Below are positions 57,249 to 64,000 of a DNA stretch of 64,000 bases, one piece after another. The position numbers and the translations under genes are program-made. Position 1 is the first letter of the stretch, and each line of letters opens with the position of its first letter. Source of the DNA: Puniceicoccaceae bacterium (lineage in GTDB: Bacteria; Verrucomicrobiota; Verrucomicrobiia; Opitutales; Oceanipulchritudinaceae); the NCBI GenBank assembly GCA_040830765.1, contig JBFOMH010000018.1:1-64000 (forward strand). Reading direction: 5' to 3'. Under the pieces are notes generated by a model that made no database searches, was not told the origin of the DNA, and worked only from the letters and a program-made list of their open reading frames with translations.

Positions 57249-58676
57249 ATGAAGACAGCTCTATCCCGAATACTCCACCTGACAACCCTGACGATATTGG
57301 TTATTGTGACAGGCTGTACGCCTGAGAGTAGCCAAACGGGCAACCTCGACCTGACGGATGCAGAGATCGAGGATCTGGTCCGCCGTTCCTACCAGTTTGT
57401 CGCCATGTACAACGTGAACAACAAGTTCGCCATGGATCCGACCAATCCATCCACGACAAATGGCTGGAATAAGACCTTCGCCGCCACCGAATTGGTGGAC
57501 CACACCATGCAGGCCATTGCCCGCCCCAACAATGACACCCTTTATGCCGGAGGGATGCTGGATTTACGGAAGGAACCGATCATCCTGGAGTGCCCCGCTT
57601 TTGACTCAACCTACGTCTCCCTGATGGTGACCGGATACGACCATTTTGTGAATATCCCCATGTCGACCCGACAGGGACACTTCTCCAAGCCCTCGAGGAT
57701 CCTTTTCTATACACAACGGACCCCTGGCTACTCGGGAGAACCGGTCGAAGGAGTTGACTACATTCATGAAGCAACCGGTGACTTTGTCAGTGCTGTCTTC
57801 CGGGTCATGCCCCACGCGAACGAACCAGAGCGCATGGCAAGGAATATTGAGGCGATGAAGTCAATCAAAGCCGTTGCCCTCTCAGAACTCCTCGGGGGCG
57901 AAACTGTTCCCCCACCCGAGGATGTCGACTTTCCCGCATATGGCCGGACCGATTTCGATGTCTTTGAAAACAATTTCATGGAGGTCATGCAGTTTATCCT
58001 CAACCACACCACCTTTGAGCCCGATGATGTCCTCGACCAGGAACTGCTGGCCATCCTCAAACCGATGGGACTCGTTCCCGGGCAGGCATTTGATCCCGCC
58101 CTCGCCGACAAGGTGGACGGTGCACGCCTCCGGGCCGTCGCCGAGCGGATTGCCCCCGAGCAGTTGGCGATGGCAACCGATGAGGGATTCATGGCGGCCA
58201 ATGTCGCCCGCCTTTTCCAACCAAAAGGCCAGATCCCATTGGAGCTGCTCCTCTTCCAGTCCGTCCTCGGACCAATAGGGCAACCAGCGGCTGAAGCGGT
58301 CTATCCCTCCATCGGCACGAAGGACAACAAGCCCATGAATGCCAGCAATGATTACGTCATCAGGATGTCCGCCGATGAGCTTCCCCCGGCCACCGCCTTT
58401 TGGTCGGCCACCCTCTATGATAACGCCAATGGATTCTTCATGCCGAACGAGCGGAAGAAATACAGTGTCGGGGAAAATGGCGGCATGCAATTGGACGAAA
58501 ACGGCGGGATCGCCATCCATATCAGTGAGACCCAGCCAGAGGGCGTCCCGGATGAAAACTGGCTGCCCCTCGTCCGTGGGGATTACGCCATCGACGTCAT
58601 CATGCGAATCTATGCCCCCGATCTGGAGAAATTCGCGACCTGGACCCCACCGGTCGCCGAGCGAATGGAGCCCTGA
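57249..58676 (+). CDS. DUF1254/DUF1214-domain lipoprotein
   Basis: Lipobox VTGC; PNNDTLY...LDL..EP, EAVYP, FWSATLYD, NWLP and MRIYAP. Confidence 0.85.
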   Translation: MKTALSRILHLTTLTILVIVTGCTPESSQTGNLDLTDAEIEDLVRRSYQFVAMYNVNNKFAMDPTNPSTTNGWNKTFAATELVDHTMQAIARPNNDTLYAGGMLDLRKEPIILECPAFDSTYVSLMVTGYDHFVNIPMSTRQGHFSKPSRILFYTQRTPGYSGEPVEGVDYIHEATGDFVSAVFRVMPHANEPERMARNIEAMKSIKAVALSELLGGETVPPPEDVDFPAYGRTDFDVFENNFMEVMQFILNHTTFEPDDVLDQELLAILKPMGLVPGQAFDPALADKVDGARLRAVAERIAPEQLAMATDEGFMAANVARLFQPKGQIPLELLLFQSVLGPIGQPAAEAVYPSIGTKDNKPMNASNDYVIRMSADELPPATAFWSATLYDNANGFFMPNERKKYSVGENGGMQLDENGGIAIHISETQPEGVPDENWLPLVRGDYAIDVIMRIYAPDLEKFATWTPPVAERMEP

Positions 58677-58800
58677 GAATCCCAACGCTTAGGATGCGTC
58701 AGAAACAGTAATCCGGAGCCAATGACCGGCTGTAGTTCCCCAAAAGCTCCCTTCGATGAATTCAGGGCTGGCTGGCTTGGCCTGCCACAAGCTTGTCGAA

Positions 58801-58877
<77 letters not shown>

Positions 58878-59086
58878 GTCACATTTCGGCCATGAGGCGA
58901 AAGAGGAAGGACTAAGCCCAAGGTGGGCGTGTCTGACAAGCTAAATGTGCGCATAAGGTGAAATGCTACTACTGTTATGATTCCGGGATTCTTGTTATCC
59001 TTAGGGCCGTCCCAAGCATGGCGGAACAAACTCCTGCTGTGGGAGTCTACTGACCCTAATAAAAACTGATTCCCCGAAAAATCCCT

Positions 59087-60982
59087 ATGAAGAACCTGCT
59101 GAAACTGGTCTGTCTGCTGAGCATCCTGAGCCCGCTTACCCTGGCGGCTCAATATTACCTCGAGGCCGATGGCGTCCTCGTCATTGAATCCGAGTCGGAG
59201 TTAATCACTCCGGCCTTTTCGCTCGAAACATCCGTTCCCGGATACAAGGGGGATGCCTATTTACGCAATTTGTTTGAACTGGAAGGTACGGGGGGATTTC
59301 GAAAGATGAGTTTCCCGATCCGCATGGCCAATGCCGGAACCTACCAACTGGCCTTGCGCAGCCGTATCGGTGCTGGTGATGACCCAACTTCCGCTAACAG
59401 CAGCTTTGTCAGGCTCCTCGATGAAAGTGGTACACCCCTCGAACCGGTTGCCAACCAGAACGTTCCCGCCAATGAATTGTGGTTTGCCGTCCACACCAAT
59501 GTCCTCGGGGCCTGGAACCACGAATCTTCGAATAACGAGGCAGACCCCCGTTCCCTCGCCTGGCAACTGGAAGAGGGGGCAAAGTATACCTTGGAGTTGT
59601 CCGTTCGAAACCGTGACCACCTTGTCGATCGCCTGATTCTTTGGAATCGTGACCAGCTTGCCCTTGCTGACGCCACCACCGGCAAGGGAACCGACGAGTC
59701 CGCACTCGATGCCCTGGAACGGTCCAGTGAAGGAACGGGATGGGTCTATGACGGGGACCTGACCAACCCGACCGACATCTATCCCCTGCTTGATCTGATC
59801 TACACCTGGCAGGCCACCCGGCTGGTTCCCCATAACAACCAGGGCATCATTGGCTGGAAGCACGCCACCTTTTATACCGGGGTCATGGAGCTCTATTATG
59901 CCAATCCCCAGCAAAAGTATATCGACCTGCTGACCGGGATCAGCGAGGACAACTCATGGACGATGCTGGAAGTCAATGGTGACCTCTGGCGTCATGCAGA
60001 CAACCACCTTAGCGGCGAGACCTTTATCAATCTCTATATCGAGGACGGGGAAACCAAGCCTGTCCGCATCGCCCACGTGACCGAAATCTTCGATCGCATG
60101 CTGGCCCAGCCCTGGGACGGGCGCCGGATTTACGATTGGTGTGACTCCCTCTTCATGTCCCCACCGGTCTGGGCCATGATGGCCTCTCTCAAGGACGATG
60201 ACAAATACCTCGATGAGCTGGCCCGCCTCTGGTGGGACTCGACAGACTTCCTCTACAACCCCGAGTGGAATTTGTACTACCGCGACAAGTCCTACTTTAA
60301 TTCCATCGAGGCCAACGGCAAGCCCACCTTCTGGGGCCGCGGCAATGGCTGGGTCGTCGGTGGACTGGTTCGTGTCCTCGAATATATGCCGCAGGATTAC
60401 GCCGGCCGGGGGGCCTTCGTTGACCTCTTCAGGGACATGGCTGCCCGTCTCGCTGACATCCAGATGGCCTCCGGTGGCTGGCCCTCCAGCCTCCTTTACC
60501 CGGAACGCTACAACTTCGACACGGAAACCAGTGGCACTTCCTTCTACGTCTATGGCCTCGCATGGGGTGTCAACAACGGCATCCTCGACCGCGCCACCTA
60601 CGGGCCAGTCATCGAAAAGGGCTGGCTGGAGATGAACAAGTACGTCACCGAGGAAGGCGGCATCCAGAATATCCAGACTGTTGGCAAAGAGCCCGGCCCG
60701 GTAAGTGACGCCCTTGACGGACGCGAATACGGCTATGGAGCCTTTATTCTCGCCGGACTCGAGATGGCGGAGTACTACAGCGCTTCCAGCGGTGATGACT
60801 GGCTCGGTTATCCCGTGACGGAAGGCAACGGTCAGCGCTGGGCTGATACCACCGGCTTCATGGGTTGGCTGGAGATCTCCGCCGCCCCCTATGTCTACTC
60901 CCAGTCGCTTGACGGATGGGTCTATATCGTCGAAACCACTGACCTTCAGCAGGGCTCATGGGCCTACTTCTTCAATAACTGA
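59087..60982 (+). CDS. Secreted GH105/GH88-like unsaturated glycuronyl hydrolase with N-terminal CBM-like domain and aromatic C-terminal tail
   Basis: HADNH..G, WCDSLFMSPP, LYYRD, FWGRGNGW, ETSGTSFY.Y and YGYGAF.LA; signal peptide. Confidence 0.85.
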   Translation: MKNLLKLVCLLSILSPLTLAAQYYLEADGVLVIESESELITPAFSLETSVPGYKGDAYLRNLFELEGTGGFRKMSFPIRMANAGTYQLALRSRIGAGDDPTSANSSFVRLLDESGTPLEPVANQNVPANELWFAVHTNVLGAWNHESSNNEADPRSLAWQLEEGAKYTLELSVRNRDHLVDRLILWNRDQLALADATTGKGTDESALDALERSSEGTGWVYDGDLTNPTDIYPLLDLIYTWQATRLVPHNNQGIIGWKHATFYTGVMELYYANPQQKYIDLLTGISEDNSWTMLEVNGDLWRHADNHLSGETFINLYIEDGETKPVRIAHVTEIFDRMLAQPWDGRRIYDWCDSLFMSPPVWAMMASLKDDDKYLDELARLWWDSTDFLYNPEWNLYYRDKSYFNSIEANGKPTFWGRGNGWVVGGLVRVLEYMPQDYAGRGAFVDLFRDMAARLADIQMASGGWPSSLLYPERYNFDTETSGTSFYVYGLAWGVNNGILDRATYGPVIEKGWLEMNKYVTEEGGIQNIQTVGKEPGPVSDALDGREYGYGAFILAGLEMAEYYSASSGDDWLGYPVTEGNGQRWADTTGFMGWLEISAAPYVYSQSLDGWVYIVETTDLQQGSWAYFFNN

Positions 60983-61004
60983 GGATTAGCTTCGATTCAA
61001 AGGC

Positions 61005-62618
61005 TTACTCAAATCCCACATACTTCAACGGGTGCCAGTCAAGAAGGTTGCTGTGCCAGCCGGTGACCGAGGGATCCTTGAGGTAGACGGTGACGTAGTG
61101 GTAAAGCGGAATGACGGTTTGTTCAGCGATCAGGTAACGCTCGGCAAGGGCATAACGGCGCATGCGCTGGACCGGATCGGCCGTCATGCGGGCTGACTCA
61201 ATCAGGGTATCGTAGCGGACACTGGAAAAGCCGGCCCAGTTATTGGGATCCGTGCTGGTCCACAAGTTGAGGAAGGTTGACGGCTCGAGGTAATCGCCGA
61301 TCCAGACTGCCCGGGCCAGTTGGAAGTCCCCGCTGGCCCGCCGCTGCAGGTAGGTCCGCCACTCCTGGTTGACGAGGACCACGTCTATATTCAATTCGGT
61401 CTTCCACATCCCCTGTAGAGCCTCAGCGATTTGGCGGTGGCTCTCGGAGCTGTTGAAGAGATACTCCAGTTTTGGGAATCCTTTTCCACCGGGAAACCCA
61501 GCGTCGGCCAGGAGGTGACGAGCGGCGACTGGATCATGCTCCACCGGAATGTTGGCATTGTAGCCCGGCATGTTGTCGGGAACAAACCCCCCGGCGGCCC
61601 GTTGCCCGGCACCAAGCAATCGCCCGGCAATCGCCTCCCGGTTAACCGACAATGCCAGCGCACGGCGTATCTTCGGATCGGCCAGGACGCCATCGCGGAC
61701 ATTCGCCAATATGTAGTAGGTTCCCAAATACGGGTCGATGCGTATGTCCATGGAGATGCTGTCCACGTAGGCGTCCACCCGCGCCGGCGGCAATGAGTCG
61801 GTAATATGCAACTGACCGGCAAGGTAGGCGCGTTCTTCCGCCGCCGGCTCATCGATGGCCATAAAGCGGACTCCCTCCAGCTCAACAGTAGCGACATCCC
61901 AATACAAATCATTGCGCCGGACTTCCACATACTGGTTTGGCAACCACTCTGTTAACACAAACGGCCCATTGCCGACAAATGACTCAACCTGTGTCCAGGG
62001 TCCGGCACGGTTGGCCGGATTGTTTCCCGTCAACTTGTGTGACGGAACCGGATACCAGACCGGGTGCAGGAGAACGGAGAGAAAATATCCCACCGGGTTT
62101 TCCAGCCTTAACTCGAGAGTGTGTTCGCCAAGGGCTTTTACTCCCACCGTTGAAAAGTCATCGCTTTGGCCACGGTTGTAGGCCTCCGCCCCCTCAAGCA
62201 GGAACAACATGGAGGCATAGGGAGCCCCCAGCGAAGGTTGCAAAACACGCTTCCAAGCCTGAAGGAAGTCGTCCGCTGTCACAGGCTGGCCGTCGGACCA
62301 AAGCGCATCCTCCCGCAACCGGAAGGTATATATGGTTCCGTCTTCCGAGACATTCCATGAGAGGGCCACCGCAGGAATGGGTTCGAGAGTTTCCGGGTGT
62401 GGTGAAACAAGGCCTTCATAGAGAGCCATCTCGATGTTCAGTTCCGCCGTTCCCGTTGTCACGTGCGGATCCAGTGCCTGTGGCTCCGGGCCATTGCCGA
62501 GGAGCAGGATTCCATCACGCTTGGCCAGGGCAGCCGGTCGGTTCCGGGTGCAGGCAACTAGAAAAAGCGCCAACCCGAGCACGACAAGGGCTATTGATTT
62601 AAGCCACCTTCCAGCCAT
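61005..62618 (-). CDS. oppA: Oligopeptide ABC transporter substrate-binding lipoprotein
   Basis: EPQALDP, YTFRLR..A.WSDG.PVTA.DF, GNGPF.L..W and WIGDY.EP.TFL. Confidence 0.9.
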   Translation of the reverse strand: MAGRWLKSIALVVLGLALFLVACTRNRPAALAKRDGILLLGNGPEPQALDPHVTTGTAELNIEMALYEGLVSPHPETLEPIPAVALSWNVSEDGTIYTFRLREDALWSDGQPVTADDFLQAWKRVLQPSLGAPYASMLFLLEGAEAYNRGQSDDFSTVGVKALGEHTLELRLENPVGYFLSVLLHPVWYPVPSHKLTGNNPANRAGPWTQVESFVGNGPFVLTEWLPNQYVEVRRNDLYWDVATVELEGVRFMAIDEPAAEERAYLAGQLHITDSLPPARVDAYVDSISMDIRIDPYLGTYYILANVRDGVLADPKIRRALALSVNREAIAGRLLGAGQRAAGGFVPDNMPGYNANIPVEHDPVAARHLLADAGFPGGKGFPKLEYLFNSSESHRQIAEALQGMWKTELNIDVVLVNQEWRTYLQRRASGDFQLARAVWIGDYLEPSTFLNLWTSTDPNNWAGFSSVRYDTLIESARMTADPVQRMRRYALAERYLIAEQTVIPLYHYVTVYLKDPSVTGWHSNLLDWHPLKYVGFE

Positions 62619-62691
62619 GGCCGAATTATCTAGCGATATCGTTGCTGAATGCAACCTTCCGAAAAAGGCTCTTCAAGCAGGGCTTGAGCAC

Positions 62692-64000
62692 TCACTCTCC
62701 CTGGGCCAGGGAGTAGGCCCTCTCACCGTCAAAGGTGTAGAGGTGTTCCGTCTTGATAAAGTCAAATCCGGCATTGGCCACTCGCAGCATCAGACTGGAT
62801 ATCTGGCTATGCGTGCAAGTACCCTCCTCGCTGGTAGCGATAAAGCGGCACCGCCAGTGATCGGTACAGAAAGTATCCTCGATTCCCTCGGGGTAAACCT
62901 TTACCCCGCGGTTGGTGATCAGCTTGAGTCGCAATCCGTCGCCATCCAGTTCCACCAGGCCATCACCAATGACATCCGGATCCCGCTCCGCCTCATCCCA
63001 GTCGATAAAGACATCCACCCCGACCAGTTTCTTTTCCTTGGCCGGATGTTCAGGCAATTCGATATGAATACCCTGGTTAGTGAAGTGGGCCGGTTCAAAG
63101 GAGCTCGGTTCCTGGCCCAGTCGGTCAATAACTGCATCCGCAAAGGCCTGTGTTCCTACCTTCTGCTTGGAAATGCTATCCTTGTAAATGTCGACCGTGT
63201 GAATGCCATCCTCGAGGGTCTTCAGCCAGGCATTACGGATTTTCGTGGCGATGTCCCCTTGGTCGAGATGCACCAGCATCATCGTGGCGGCATTGAGAAG
63301 ACCGGACGGATTGGCAATGTCCTTGCCGGCGATATCCGGTGCGGACCCATGCACCGCTTCAAACATTGCTGCGTCAAACCCGATGTTGGCGGAGCCGGCA
63401 AGCCCGACGGAGCCAGCGACCAAGGCGGCGATGTCGCTGACAATGTCCCCGTAGAGATTCAAGGTGACAATAACGTCCAAATCCTCCGGGTGGGCCGCCA
63501 CCAGGGCCGCCCCGATATCAATAATCCGGTGCTCGGTCTGGATGTCCGAATACTGAGGCTCGCCCGCCACTTCCTCGAAGACCTTCTGGAAGAGCCCATC
63601 GGTGTGCTTCATGATGTTGGACTTGGTCAGGCAGGTGACCTTCTTCCGGCCATAGGCCCGGGCATATTCCATTGCGTAGCGGCAAATGGCCTCACAGCCC
63701 GGGCGGCTGACCAGCTTCAATGACTGGACTACTTCATCCGTCTGCTGGTGCTCAATCCCGGCATAGAGGTCTTCCTCGTTTTCCCGGATGATGACCATGT
63801 CGATATTCGGAAAATTGGTGCTGACGTACGGCGAGTAAGCGACACAGGGCCGGACGTTGGAAAACAGCCGCAGGCTTTTCCGGATGGTCACATTGAGGCT
63901 CTTGTACCCGCCGCCGAGGGGCGTGGTAATGGGTGCCTTGAGAAAAACCGGATTCTTCAGCAGGGTCTTCCAGTCCTCCGGACTGATGCCGGAGGTATGC
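62692..64000 (-). CDS. icd: NADP-dependent isocitrate dehydrogenase, 5'-truncated by the window edge
   Basis: KAPITTP.GGGYKSLNVTIRK, RENEEDLYAG, KSNIMK.TDG, NLYGDI.SD and FEAVHGSAPDIAG. Confidence 0.93.
   Translation of the reverse strand, partial: HTSGISPEDWKTLLKNPVFLKAPITTPLGGGYKSLNVTIRKSLRLFSNVRPCVAYSPYVSTNFPNIDMVIIRENEEDLYAGIEHQQTDEVVQSLKLVSRPGCEAICRYAMEYARAYGRKKVTCLTKSNIMKHTDGLFQKVFEEVAGEPQYSDIQTEHRIIDIGAALVAAHPEDLDVIVTLNLYGDIVSDIAALVAGSVGLAGSANIGFDAAMFEAVHGSAPDIAGKDIANPSGLLNAATMMLVHLDQGDIATKIRNAWLKTLEDGIHTVDIYKDSISKQKVGTQAFADAVIDRLGQEPSSFEPAHFTNQGIHIELPEHPAKEKKLVGVDVFIDWDEAERDPDVIGDGLVELDGDGLRLKLITNRGVKVYPEGIEDTFCTDHWRCRFIATSEEGTCTHSQISSLMLRVANAGFDFIKTEHLYTFDGERAYSLAQGE

Overview
A GC-rich bacterial chromosome segment. 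Gene content and protein styles suggest Verrucomicrobiota (Opitutia/Puniceicoccales-like); this is inference only. Most of the window is housekeeping: folC, accD, RluA-family, add, leuA, a Zn/Mn ABC importer, cls, truA, ruvX, manC, ggt, proA, nadC, birA, pilT, dapAB, ruvA, lolD plus a LolC/E-like permease, lysS, psuG, oppA and a partial icd, with tRNA-Gly(GCC) and tRNA-Val(TAC). Accessory elements: (1) at the left edge, a chromosomal integron whose IntI appears to carry a tandemly duplicated N-terminal core-binding domain, with a putative attI, a short first cassette-like segment and the start of an AT-rich cassette gene, next to the tRNA-Gly 3' end and a PIN/AbrB toxin-antitoxin pair; (2) a three-gene locus at 45.1-50.1 kb encoding a Ca-repeat protein, a large secreted alpha/beta-hydrolase and a translationally coupled exported partner, resembling a toxin/immunity module; (3) a membrane pseudokinase-PEGA-FGE protein; (4) an orphan NrdG-type activase; (5) a URO-D/MtaA-family gene divergent from a GH38 mannosidase; (6) a GH105-like enzyme with an aromatic C-terminal tail that may be a sorting domain. 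Non-coding structure includes REP/BIME-like repeats, hexamer direct repeats bracketing the lolD/permease pair, a motif shared by both tRNA 3' trailers, and two structured 3' regions that may be sRNAs. All calls come from reading motifs; no database searches were run.
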